DNA from: Naegleria gruberi
Taxonomy: Eukaryota
Assembly (NCBI GenBank): GCA_000004985.1
Contig: GG738886.1
Strand: one strand, 5' to 3'
Length of the DNA: 64,000 nucleotides
Positions 35,509-47,000 of the stretch are shown here, piece by piece; the stretch's first letter is position 1, and each line of letters starts with the position of its first letter. Made by a program: the position numbers and the translations under genes. Under the pieces are notes generated by a model. It did no database searches and was not told the origin of the DNA. It saw only the letters and a program-made list of their open reading frames with translations.

Positions 35509-36543
35509 TTAGTGTAGTATATCTGATATTGATACTGCCTTTCTAAATGTTTTCGATTGAGATGTTCCAAAAAGATCTGCAATTGAAGGAAGAGTTTGAG
35601 ATCCAACATTTAAATGATTGGTTGGTGTTGAACCTGGATATACTATTTCACTGCTGGAAATCTTACTTGGATAGGGCGAGTAATGCTCGACTGTAGGAGG
35701 GGAAGGAGGTTCATTTATATAATGTTCCTTACTAACAGCATTCTGAGTTGATATTGTTGCTTTCAGTGGACTTGAAGTTTGCTTCAAATCTGTTGAAGAT
35801 GCATTTCCCCAAATAAGGTTAGCATGTCGCGCCTTATCTTGAGGGAGATCGTAGAATTTTTCACTCAATGGTTGTGATGGCCAAATTTGTCTTACAGGGT
35901 GTGTCATTTTGTGAGTTTTCGAGATTCCGTGTGAAATACGAATTGGATATGAATTTTGAACGTTACTGCTGCGAGAATGAAGGTAGGATTGATGAGGGTG
36001 GTAATGAACGACATAATGTTGAGCAGGTTGGGGTGGAAGAGATGTAAGGGCAGGAGCTGCAATAGGATGTATAACAGTTTTAAGGTAGGCATGAGGGATT
36101 GAAGGAAGTGTTTGGGCATAGTATTGGGTTGGTTGTACGGTTGTTGTGGTTGAAATACATGCATGTGGAGAGAGTGGTTTTGTTACTTGATAAACAGGAG
36201 TGTATGGTTGCGTTGAATGGGGTTTTGTTGCTTGTTGTGGTTTAACTAGTGGTTGCACTACTGGTGGTTGTTGTATTGATGGTGGAATAGATTTCTGGTT
36301 ATGAGCATTCACTGTTTTCGTTGAAGACTTATTTGAAGTGCTAGAGCTGGATGATGCATTAGAGTGGCTTGTATTCAGTGGAGAACCTCTGTGTTGATCT
36401 CTGTTTTGAATTGTAGCTTGATTCACATCCCTTATTAAATGAATTGGAAAGGTTGAGTGACATCCTGTTTGTGTCTTTTGCAGTTTTTTGTCCTTTCCAC
36501 TTGGTTTGTATTCAAAGAATTTAATGTGAGTTGCGGCTGGCAT
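35509..36543 (-). CDS. Hypothetical Pro/Gln/Thr-rich protein
   Basis: A 344-aa ORF with low-complexity P/Q/T/H composition and the N-terminus MPAATHIKFFEYKPSGKDKK. No recognised domain. Confidence 0.3.
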   Translation of the reverse strand: MPAATHIKFFEYKPSGKDKKLQKTQTGCHSTFPIHLIRDVNQATIQNRDQHRGSPLNTSHSNASSSSSTSNKSSTKTVNAHNQKSIPPSIQQPPVVQPLVKPQQATKPHSTQPYTPVYQVTKPLSPHACISTTTTVQPTQYYAQTLPSIPHAYLKTVIHPIAAPALTSLPPQPAQHYVVHYHPHQSYLHSRSSNVQNSYPIRISHGISKTHKMTHPVRQIWPSQPLSEKFYDLPQDKARHANLIWGNASSTDLKQTSSPLKATISTQNAVSKEHYINEPPSPPTVEHYSPYPSKISSSEIVYPGSTPTNHLNVGSQTLPSIADLFGTSQSKTFRKAVSISDILH

Positions 36544-37486
36544 ACTGATTGAGAGAGTAGTTTAGTTTGTTTTGTTAATGTAAATTTGTGAGGTTAGACT
36601 TTTGGAGGAAATGCTAGGTTGGTAAATATACAAATATGAATGATATCTTGATACAACTAACAATAACAATTGAAGAAATGGTATCAATTAAAGCGGTGGA
36701 TAATAGCAAAAAGTGCTGCTTGTGTTCTGGCAGAAGGCTTGTATCCGGGTTGTTATTGTTGGGTAGAAGAACTGTTGAGGAATGTATTCACTCTTAATAA
36801 TTGCTCGTCGTTTGTTTTTTTTGTTTGACTTGTTGTTGTACTGCAGTAGTAGTGAGCGGTGTTGTCTTTAAAAAACACACGCTGTTATTGTGCATCTCAG
36901 TCTGCAACCCACAACAAGCAATGCCCTCTTTGTGCAGCAATCCTCACCTAAAATCTCTAATGAGGCATTCATTTTGTCTTTTGTTTTACTGAATGGTTGG
37001 ATACTGCCGGATTCCCTAAATTTACTTATTTGAGGTTGCTTAATCCTCAAATTGATTTTTAGCTTGTTATTGTATGAGATGCAAATACACGAATTTAGTA
37101 AGATCTACCCTCATAGTGAAGTTTAACATGAGAGATTTGTGCTAATTGGTTCTGAGAATGGGTGTATTTATTAAAATGATGGGTGTGATGGTTGTAGTAT
37201 TGATGTGTGTTGATGACCAACATTACTGGACTAGATAAACTATGACCCCATTTGGAAGGAGGCGAACTTGAACTTGAGAAAGAAATCTGTCATGACATTT
37301 CATTGAGTATAATCTTTTTCTTTGGATAATGCAATAGGTGATTTACAATCTGATACAAGGCATCTACACCAAGATTCATTGTAATAGTAAATATTAGATT
37401 GGGCACATTTATTTAATAATGGAAAGTTACTTCTCGAGATAGTTCTCCTATATTCAAATCTCTCTTTCAAGGGGAAATAAGTCCAT

Positions 37487-39529
37487 TTACTTTGCAGAGC
37501 ATTTTGTACAATTACAATCGAATCTATATTGTTCCTTTAGTTTTTTCTTTCTTTCATCGGTGGAGAGATTTTCGTCAATATAACTAATGAGGATTTCATC
37601 TCCCTTAGATAATGCAGCACTAGTTGAAGAGTTACTTGTAATAGTTGTTGTAGTAGTAGTATCAGTATTACTACTGGATAGATTGCTGTCGGTTGTAGGA
37701 GTTATTGAAGAGGCATACACACTCACTTGATGTGTAATATAATCAGAGACACTGACAGCATTTGGATTACATGAGTGATTCATGCAATTGTGAATGGCAA
37801 ATGCACCCATTCCCTTCATGCTTAATGATTTGAGAGTTTCAGTTCTTGTAGCTTCCTCTTCAAAGTTTTTGCAATGCAAGAGTTCGCACACCTTGTTTCG
37901 TATTTGAACCTTCTCATGTGCAGCAAGATGCAACTCTGTAATTGGATGGATGGTCGAGCAATTTTGCAATATTAATCCATGAAGAGAACGATACTGCTTA
38001 ACACTACACAAAATATTCAATATTTGAGAAATTTGTTGGGCATGAGATTTTAAATATTCTGCGTTCTCAGCTGAATTACTGCACTCTGTGAAATAACCAT
38101 CTTGAATCGCATACTCAATGCTCTCCTTAATTAATTGAGCAGAAAGTGAGTCGAATGGATGAGGTTCTTCATGTTGAACAAACCTCTCAAATCTATGCAA
38201 TGCCTTAGAAAAAGATACGAGAAAAACATCCTCACTTGGACTCTCTAGTAATCGATTAAGGAAACAAATCCATTCGACAACGTTTTTAGATGATTGTAAT
38301 ATGAATATGTATGAATAAAATTATCCGCAACACTTACCGTTCTGTAAAGAGGAGTCAATATCTTGGTACTCACGTAATAAACTCCTTAAGAAATCCGTAA
38401 ATACTGTAGCCATGATTTTTGCAATCAGGAGTGGAGCTGTTCTGTGTTGTTTGACAGTTAATCTTTCCAGTAATGTGATTGGATGGTCTGTTGTTTTACT
38501 GGCGTTGCTGCTTGTGGCAGAGTCTGATAATTGTGGGGTTACACGATCTCTACTGCAGAGTACAGAGTGATATTGATTCCATGATTTCTCTCTGCACAAC
38601 TCACAGCAGTAGGTCACTGCTGAACAATGTTCACATGAAACAAATGTCTTGGCTGTGGTCAATTTTTCTGAGAGAATTTCCTTGCATTCCTCGTCTTTCA
38701 TTATTTGACCAATGAATGGAAATTGTTGAATTGTCTTTTCACTGAAAATTGTTTTCATACAATGATGGCAATGGTCAATCTTGGCATAGAATGGGTTTTC
38801 TGAACTGTCAGTAATGACCTGACTGCAGAGAGGTTCCTCTCTAAACAATAATTGTCCACTGTGTGCTTTATCTGCATTCAAACAGACAACCTTTCCCTCC
38901 TCCTTATTCTTAAACTTGACAGAAATGACATCTTGTCCCTCCTTGAGTAGAGAATTCATTTCCATCTTATATTCTTGTTCCATCATTAAATTGGAGAGTT
39001 TTTCCAAGAGTGGTCCAACCAATTGTTCCCAATCACTCATTGATTTTTTCAGATAATTCTCCTGAACTTGAAATCTTTGTTGTGGAGCAATTTTTTCATT
39101 ACTCATGATGGATAGACACTTTCTCTTCATCCATTCATGGAGTGGAGCCAACTCTTGCAAGATAAAATCCTGAATTTCACTCAATGAATTATTTTCCTGA
39201 TTTTGATGAGTCATTTGAGCATGCTGTTTGATAAGAGTTTCACATTTGTGAATTAATACTTTTTGAGTCAATTCGAACCATTTCAAATGTTTATCAGAGA
39301 GTGGTGCACTCAATATAAAATCGGAGGGAATTTTACTTTCGTTTGTTGTTGTGGTAGTTTCTAAAGAGGATGATGAATGAACACTTCTCAGTCTTTCCAA
39401 TAATTGATCAATCTTTTCTGATACGTTATCAGCATTGGATGATGATGATGGTGTATTATTGCTGGTGGATAATTCATTGAATTGTTTAGTGCAATTATCA
39501 ATAAATTCATCAAATGTTGGTGATGACAT
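37487..39529 (-). CDS. SET + MYND zinc-finger protein (SMYD-like lysine methyltransferase); join(39529..38338,38244..37487)
   Basis: MYND finger CHHCMK...SCEHCSAVTYCCELCREKSWNQYHSVLC. SET signature GFAIHNCMNHSCNPNAV and the post-SET Cys cluster (FDCNCTKCS). A 93-nt GTAAGT..TAG intron (38245..38337). Confidence 0.75.
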
Positions 39530-39803
39530 TTTTTTGTGATGTTTGAAAGGAAATTAAATGCAAGCTTGAAAAGTATTAGATTGGAAAATTAACATTTTGA
39601 TGCTGCTTTTCCGATCATTAATATTTAAAATATTGTAATGTTTTAATATTATTAATATTTAATTTAATACTTTTAAAAAGCAAGAACAATGAACCATGTT
39701 CTCCAAAATTACATGATCCTACGTTCTATGATTACAAAGTTATTGATGAACAAATCAAAAAAAGAACAACAATAGTAGTAATACAATCATCATCATCACC
39801 AAC

Positions 39804-41558
39804 ATGGGAAATACACAACAGTCAAAGCCTGGTGGCCATTCTTCAATGAAGGGAATTTCTTCATCAACTTCCGTATCTAATAAGAGCAATAGTGAGGTTC
39901 CTCCCTCACAGAAATCAAAGCTTCCCTTGGAGAATATAATTACCTGTTTTAATGTTGAAGAAGGACCACTCTTCATATCTAAAGAAGCAAGAAATTATAA
40001 AGCCAGCTCGTTGAATCAGCACTCCATCTTGGATTTGAGAACAAATCAAAGGCTATTAGAGATTTTACAGAAGAGAATTAAATTACCAACAACAACACTG
40101 GAAAATAGCAATCCTAATGATAATATACAAGTATCAATGGTGATAATAGTGGTGCAAATGTTGTAAATGCTGATCAGAATGAGGAAAATAATAATGAAGA
40201 TCATCTGTTATCGGAAGAGTTATTATTGCTTTCTGAATATAAAAAGACGATAACAGAGAGGGTGAAACGATTCTATTTGGATGAAAGTGTTATGGGGGTG
40301 GAGGAAGAAAGAGCATTTGCTTGCTTGTTGGGATTAATGATTGGCGATGCTTGTGGAGCTCCACAAGAATTTTCATGGTATAAAGTACCTCCAAAGGTTT
40401 CATCTGAATCTGAATGGTTAGTTGACAAGATTTGGAAGCAGGATAAGGAATTTTTCGAGTTGACCTCAATGAATGATGAGCATGTTTGGAAAAAGCCACA
40501 CCATAACAAGTTCTTTTTGAAAGTTGGTCAATTTACTGATGATTCCAGTATGGTAGGTAGTAATATTCATTTGTTTGCAATTCTAATTTCATAATCATCA
40601 AAAATTATAGGCCTTGTGTGTTATGGATACACTAGTACAAAAGGTAATTGATGAAATTCATCAAAGGGAATGTCTTAATGCGGAGCAAAATAATGAAAAC
40701 TCGTTCAATTTTGATGGAAGAGAAATGAGACTTAGATTCCTCAATTGGGTTTATTTTGGATATAATAACACATTTGGAAAGGATGATTCAACACCTGGAT
40801 ATGGATCATCATGTGGATTGGGTTCAAATGTCAGAAGTTCCATTGTTGAGTTTATGAAAGATCCTAAAAGTGAGTTAACAAATGCAGGCGATTTAAATAC
40901 TTCTGGAAATGGAAGTATAATGAGATTAGCTCCTGTGCCAATATTTTGTTTGAAACTTGTGGAGAGTTTGGATAATACCGAACAAGTGGAATCTGCTTTA
41001 AGGATGGCTCACAAGCACAGCAAGACAACTCATCAAGGTGATGAAGCAGCAGAGCTTTGCAGGTTAATGACTTTCATAATTATTAATGCTGCCAAAGCTG
41101 CACACTCTATGAAACCACTCGAAATCAAAAAGCACATCTTTGACTTGTTGGAGAGTGGGAAATTCCAAAGCACTGTGGAGAGTGTCAATTGTCTTGTAAA
41201 GAGTCAAGTTGAAAATGGAAATGTAGAGGCAAGAAATTGGAATTGGAAAGATTTAAACTATCAGTATTGTCCTGAAAGAGCAGAAAAGGATAAGGGATAC
41301 ATTGGTTCGTATGCAATGGATGCTATGGCTATGGCCTTACATAATTTGGCTTTTACAGACTCATTTGAGGATGCCATCTTGCTGACTGCTAACATAGCCG
41401 GTGATTCAGACACAGTATCTGCCATTGTTGGACAGATGGCAGGAGCAATTTATGGGCTAAAGGCTGTTCCATTAGACTGGATTGAAAAGGTTTTATTCTG
41501 GGATTACAATGAGGATATTTTATTGAGATTATCAATTATTTATAATCATAATTTTTAA
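39804..41558 (+). CDS. ADP-ribosylglycohydrolase (ARH/DraG family) with N-terminal MGNTQQS myristoylation motif; join(39804..40130,40178..40552,40611..41558)
   Basis: ARH motifs FACLLGLMIGDACGAPQEF, SGNGSIMRLAPV and ANIAGDSDTVSAIVGQMAGAIYG. Introns of 47 nt (40131..40177) and 58 nt (40553..40610), both GTA..AG. Confidence 0.75.
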
Positions 41559-41625
41559 TTATTTACAAATTAGTTTACAATTATTCGTCATTATCTGACC
41601 AATAAGCTGTGGAATAAGATAAGTT
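41452..41625. repeat. Copy 1 of a ~160-bp direct repeat (3' end of the ARH CDS plus the convergent 3' end region)
   Basis: About 92% identical to 43166..43335. It covers the last 35 codons of the ARH gene (IYGLKAVPLDWIEKVLFWDYNEDILLRLSIIYNHNF*) and, on the other strand, a relic C-terminus ...SDNDE*. Confidence 0.8.
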
Positions 41626-41718
41626 TTGTAATCGTGAAATTAATTCGACGATTAAAACTATTTTAGTTATGAAAATTATGAATAGGAAAAGAATTTATTC
41701 GAATTCTCTGACATTACA

Positions 41719-43020
41719 TTAAATACCATATTTAAACCAATTATATAAAAGAGAAGATAATTTTACAGTTTGAAAGAACCATTCTTCACTTTGTAATACC
41801 GAAGAAACGATAGAAAATTCACGAAGTAATAATCGAACAGATTGATCTGAAATCATTCGATTTCTAATATGATTTTGCACAATATTTGGAAATGACAAGT
41901 TTTCAATGTTAAAAACAATTGCTTCCTCAATTGAATCATCCCACAATTTTCTTAACTTTCCTATGAATCCAAGGGTCTCTCCACTGTTCAAACAATCCTG
42001 TTTCATCAAATATTCACAATGATTCCCAATTTTAGAAAGAGCAGGATTTGAATCATTCCTCATATCGACGAATGCAAACAGAAAAAATAATGGATGTAAT
42101 AGAATGGGATCTTCAACTGTTTCCAAGAATGAATATTGACCACCTGAAAATAATTCTTCACCTCTTTTCTCTAATCTATTATATTTACATGCCATATCTA
42201 GTGTCATTTCAGGAAATTCCTCAAATCTCAATTGAATATATCTGATTAAAATATTATTAACTGCCAGTTTGGGATCAAACTTATCTAGAATTTCAAGAAA
42301 TAGTGTTGGGTAATTGCAGTTCAGAAAATAACAGCTGGATAAATTGAAGGTCTTGAAGTGTTTTTTTGGTTTGCCAAAGTTCGCAAACAAAATGATTCTT
42401 TCATCCTTTTGAGGAGATTGATTATGAAATTGTGTTCCAATAACATAATATGACCCATCGTCTGGAATATTAGAGACCAATAATTGAGAATAGTTCCATT
42501 TTGAGTCATAACTTGAAATTACATGATCTGAAATTTGTTCTGTGCAATCAGATTGTTCATGGAGAGTAAAGCTCTTCTTGGCTCTATTAGAAAATATCCA
42601 ATCTAAACTAATGAAAGAACGAGTTTCTTCCTTTTCTTTTTGTAATATCATCTTTGCACCCAATGTATTTTCGAATATGTAAGTGCCATTGATATGTTCT
42701 TCCAGAGCCCAAACAGTTTTATCAGAATTTCTAAAGTAAATTACTGGTTCTTGTTTTTCCTTAGCCATTGAGGTAATCTTCATCCTATCAACAACCGAAA
42801 CCATTCCAAATTTCATTGGTGAGGAGGTTGTTCCGTAAGGAATTCCATAATTTACAATGTTGCATAGTTGTGAAACAGGAACATGCTCTCCACAATCTAA
42901 TATTGCCAAAACCGTATAACAACTCTCATCAACACACTTCTCTAAAATCATTGGTTTCGCGTTGGTTACAGATGATGTTTGTGTGGCTTGCTTCCTTTTC
43001 CTTAATTCTTGTTGCTGCAT
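41719..43020 (-). CDS. Hypothetical protein (433 aa), single exon, located between the two repeat copies
   Basis: Intact ORF with its ATG at 43020. No recognised domain. Confidence 0.4.
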   Translation of the reverse strand: MQQQELRKRKQATQTSSVTNAKPMILEKCVDESCYTVLAILDCGEHVPVSQLCNIVNYGIPYGTTSSPMKFGMVSVVDRMKITSMAKEKQEPVIYFRNSDKTVWALEEHINGTYIFENTLGAKMILQKEKEETRSFISLDWIFSNRAKKSFTLHEQSDCTEQISDHVISSYDSKWNYSQLLVSNIPDDGSYYVIGTQFHNQSPQKDERIILFANFGKPKKHFKTFNLSSCYFLNCNYPTLFLEILDKFDPKLAVNNILIRYIQLRFEEFPEMTLDMACKYNRLEKRGEELFSGGQYSFLETVEDPILLHPLFFLFAFVDMRNDSNPALSKIGNHCEYLMKQDCLNSGETLGFIGKLRKLWDDSIEEAIVFNIENLSFPNIVQNHIRNRMISDQSVRLLLREFSIVSSVLQSEEWFFQTVKLSSLLYNWFKYGI

Positions 43021-43165
43021 TTTTTATTTGCTACATTATGTTTTTGATTCTTAGTGTAGTAAGTTACTATTCTATTCTGACTGAGGGAAAAACTCAACAC
43101 AATTCTTTCATTTCAGATAAGAAATGCTGGAAACAGTCATCTTCATTGATTCCAATCTAAAGTGA

Positions 43166-43335
43166 AAAAATTTATTGGCTTGAGGCTGTGCCATTTGACT
43201 GGATTGAAAAGGTTTTATTATGGGATTACAATGAGGACATTTTATTGAGATTATCAATTATTTACAATCATAATTTTTAATTATTTACAATTTAGTTTAC
43301 AATTATTCGTCAGCATCTGAGCAATAATCTGTGGA
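43166..43335. repeat. Copy 2 of the ~160-bp direct repeat
   Basis: Aligns to 41452..41625 with one 1-nt indel. The ARH-tail reading frame is preserved (WLEAVPFDWIEKVLLWDYNEDILLRLSIIYNHNF*) although no ARH gene lies upstream. Its far end forms the genuine 3' end (CSDADE*) of the histone-fold gene at 43303..43857. Confidence 0.8.
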
Positions 43336-43857
43336 ATAGTCACTATCATCATTCTTTGCCATATCTTTCACTGCATCAACGGTAGTGCCATTGTAAACAG
43401 TAATATTCCACAATCGTTTGGAACATTGGTTGATGGTTTGGAAGGTGATTTGCTTCTTCTTATTGTATTGTGTGATTATAGAAGCATCTCTCATCAGCTC
43501 ACCCAACAGTTGATCAAACATTTCTCTTGCCTTTTCATAAACGTCTGCTGAAATTCTCTTGCATCCATGAATTTTGGCAATTTTCTGGATTGACGCCTTC
43601 TTTAAAATTCCTTTTGGTTTCTCCTTCTCAGGTTCAGTCTTCTCACTACTAGATTTTCTAATGGATTTTGATGGGGTAGATGTTGCAGATGTTTTCTTCT
43701 CCGGTTTTGGTGCCTTTGCACTTGAAGATGATGCTGTAGGTGTTGTCTTTGGTGTGGTTATTGTGTCCTTGCTTGATTTTTTGGCCTTCGGAGTGGTTGT
43801 TTCTGGTTTCACAGTTTGAGGGTGTCTTGGACTCTTTTGTGCTTGCTTTGGAGGCAT
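43303..43857 (-). CDS. Histone-fold protein with H4-like fold, Lys/Pro/Thr/Ser-rich N-terminal tail and acidic C-terminus
   Basis: CKRISADVYEKAREMFDQLLGELMRDASIITQYNKKKQITFQTINQCSKRLWNITVYNG aligns position by position with histone H4 ([59 protein letters not shown]). The ATG is at 43857 (MPPKQAQK...). Confidence 0.5.
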   Translation of the reverse strand: MPPKQAQKSPRHPQTVKPETTTPKAKKSSKDTITTPKTTPTASSSSAKAPKPEKKTSATSTPSKSIRKSSSEKTEPEKEKPKGILKKASIQKIAKIHGCKRISADVYEKAREMFDQLLGELMRDASIITQYNKKKQITFQTINQCSKRLWNITVYNGTTVDAVKDMAKNDDSDYSTDYCSDADE

Positions 43858-44079
43858 TTTTTTAATTTGTTTTTGATGGCAAAAGTTATTTTTGTTCTTG
43901 TAGAAATTCGAACCAAAAACATGGATTTTTGTTTTGGAAACAAACTTGTGCGATAAACAAGCCATTGTGATTAATAGTACTTTCCTTATGTGTGGAAGCA
44001 CAACAGTTAGCACCAGTGAAAACAATGAGGATTTTTACCTGAAGTTTTACAATGAAAATAAAGTGCTGTGATAAAAAGT

Positions 44080-47000
44080 TTATTCGTAAACCTCAGCAAA
44101 GATAGTGTTGGAACGACCAAATATTTCTGGTGAGTACATTTCTTCACATTTGGTTGGTGGAATAATGAAGGATCCGATTTGAGTGGCACGACACAAATGT
44201 TTGAAAGTGTGAGTTCCTTCCCAGAGCAAACTGGAGAATGCTTCAACACGTTCATCTCTACTATTGACATGTTCATACCATGGATAGTTCCACCAACATC
44301 TAGATTTCTTAACTTCACCTGAAGGAGCGTTACCTTTCAATTCAGGATTAATTGGTTCCAAACCAGCAGGTAAAAAGTCAACCAAAGCAACATGATAACG
44401 TCTACTGGTATTAGTGAATGTAATGATAACTCTAACCAATTCACCAGCTTTAAATTTCCAACAGTTTCTTGCCTTATCAAATTGAGCATGAGATGGATCA
44501 GTAACACCCTCATAGCTTCTCTCAATTTGGAATCCATAATCAAGAGCTGGTAATAATAAATTCTTAGGAGCATAGTCCATTCCAATTCTATAGTACAATC
44601 TACCAGGACCTTCCTTCAAGATGGCCAATGTTTGTGCACCTTCAGTGGTAGTAAGTTGTCTCATTGGAATAGTAAGAACATTTTCATCCTTATTTCTTCC
44701 CTTGAAAACTTGTTCTCCACAATAATCTTCTCCAAGCCACATCTTGGCAGTGAAATCAGGAGTGACACCTTCAAAGACATGGAAATAACTGTTGAGAGCA
44801 AGAAGGATGAAAACATTTTCTTGAGTATTGCCCCATCTTCCCTTCTTCTTATGAGCTAAAAGTCCCTTGACAACCTTTGGAATGAGATTATTTTGTGGTA
44901 CCATATGAATGAGCATTTCCAAACAAATTCCATCAGTTCTTCTATCACTGTGCAACATGATAAGCTTGCTGCTTTGCTCATCTCCATAGCTTGTAACAAA
45001 GTTGGCTGTTTGAGCAGTTTCATTGACTCTCATTAAAATATAATTCACAATTTCAGTCGATTTTGTTGTGGCTTCCTTTCCATTGGCAAAGAACATTGCT
45101 GAAGCAGTCCAAGACAAAGTTTCAAGACAAGTATCCTTCAATCCACATTCTGAATATAATTGGTCAGCTTTTTGTTTGGCTCTTGAATCTCCCAATAGGG
45201 CGGCAACATAATAAGCATATGATCTAATGGCATATTTTGATGAAGGAGAGTAATATGTATCACGAATATAATTCTCAATATCACAGAGGAAATTAGTGAG
45301 TTTGGAAACAACATTATTATTGAGAGAATAACCTGCAATCTTGGCTCTAGCAAAGGCATGACCTACGTGGCAAGAAAGGTAAGGACTGACTGAATAATCA
45401 CTTCTGTAAGTCCACCATCCGAATCCACCATTTGGAAATTGTCTTCCATTCAAAATACCCAACGATAATTGTACAGTAGAGTTAAGCATAATTGAGCTTG
45501 GAATATCCTTGACCTTGAATGCTTGAAGTACATCCTTGAGAGCAACAATTGATAAAATCTTACTTGACAATTGTTCACAACATTCAAAGGAATAGTTGTA
45601 AACATAAAGGAAGGCATCAGTCAAGGCAGACAATGCTGTACTACTGGTAGTGATTTGTAAGCCACCAAATTGAGGATAGATATTTTCTGGAGCCTTAACT
45701 GGTTGGAATGTAGTGCAATCACCATCCAATTCACCATAATGAGCAAATGCTTCTGTGGTTGCTGGTGTGAATACTCTGAGTTCCTTTTCAACAGCATCAG
45801 AAAAGTTGATCAATTCGGAAACAGAAACAGCAACTTGGAATTTAGAAATACCAACCTTGGTTGCTTGCATTGGGAATCTCAATTCAGCTCTCTTAAGAGC
45901 AGGGATTTTAACATTCAAACCTCTCTTGGATGGATCCAACAATTCGAGTCCATCATAGGCAACAGCAATATGAACATTCAAATCAATAAGGGTTTGATTT
46001 TGTAAAACACAAGCAAATTCTGCCTTATCACCAAAGTTCAAAAATCTTGGAAGGGAAGGTCTAATTGCTAGTGGCAATTGTGCAACAATTGAAGATTCTC
46101 CCAAGCCGTACAAACTATCTAGTTTGGTAGAAACAGCTGTAATTCTGTATCTCGTCAAATTGTCAGGTAATTTGAATGGCACTCTGGCCTTGCCTTGAGC
46201 ATCTGTTACACATACTGGACTAAAGACAGCAACTGGATTGAAATTCTTTCTGACAACAATGGCAGATCCAACTTCCTCACCTCCTTCACATCCACCAGCA
46301 TCGTCATTACATTCTTCGCACTCTTTTTCCTCACATCTCTTTTTGGATTTCTTACAACTTTTCCTTTCTTGCACTTCTTCTTGGCAATCACAATCATCAT
46401 AACAACAACAGGAACGACATAAACATCCTTCACACTTGCAACATTCACATTCATCATCATCACATTCTTCCTCATCAGAACTATCTTCAGGAGGAGATTG
46501 AATGTTGATATTATCAAAACTCTTGACAAATACGTGGTCTCTCAATGAGAACTCTGAGAAGCTTTGGCCAGTACCAACTATGAATGTGCTCAAAGGATTA
46601 GATATTCTATAGCCAGTCAATGAAAGAACAGCTTCATCAACAGCAACGAGACAAACCTCACTTCCAGCTTGTGGTTTAGAGTTTTCCTTGTCAGTTACCA
46701 AAACATCAACAAAGGTCTCAACACCTGGAGTAACAAATTGCTTCTCTGGAGTGACCAATACATCGAGTTGATGCACTTTGGATGAGACACCAATATAACA
46801 AGTTCCATTTGCGTACGCAGGTTGTTTTGGGAGGTCGAGAGGTAATCCAAGAGAATCACTTCTTGATTCACTACCTTGGAGCATTACACTAACTGTTACA
46901 TTTGGAATGTGTTCTTTGGTAATTTTGAGAGTGAATTCAGTTGATCCAACTTCTGGATCAATGGTGATTGGAATATTATCGATTACAGAATTGAGGCAAA

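Noticed and set aside
37254-37266. 12-13-mer AAGGAGGCGAAC shared between 37254 and 50469
   Set aside because: Exact 12-mer matches are expected many times by chance in 64 kb. There is no extended similarity around either copy.
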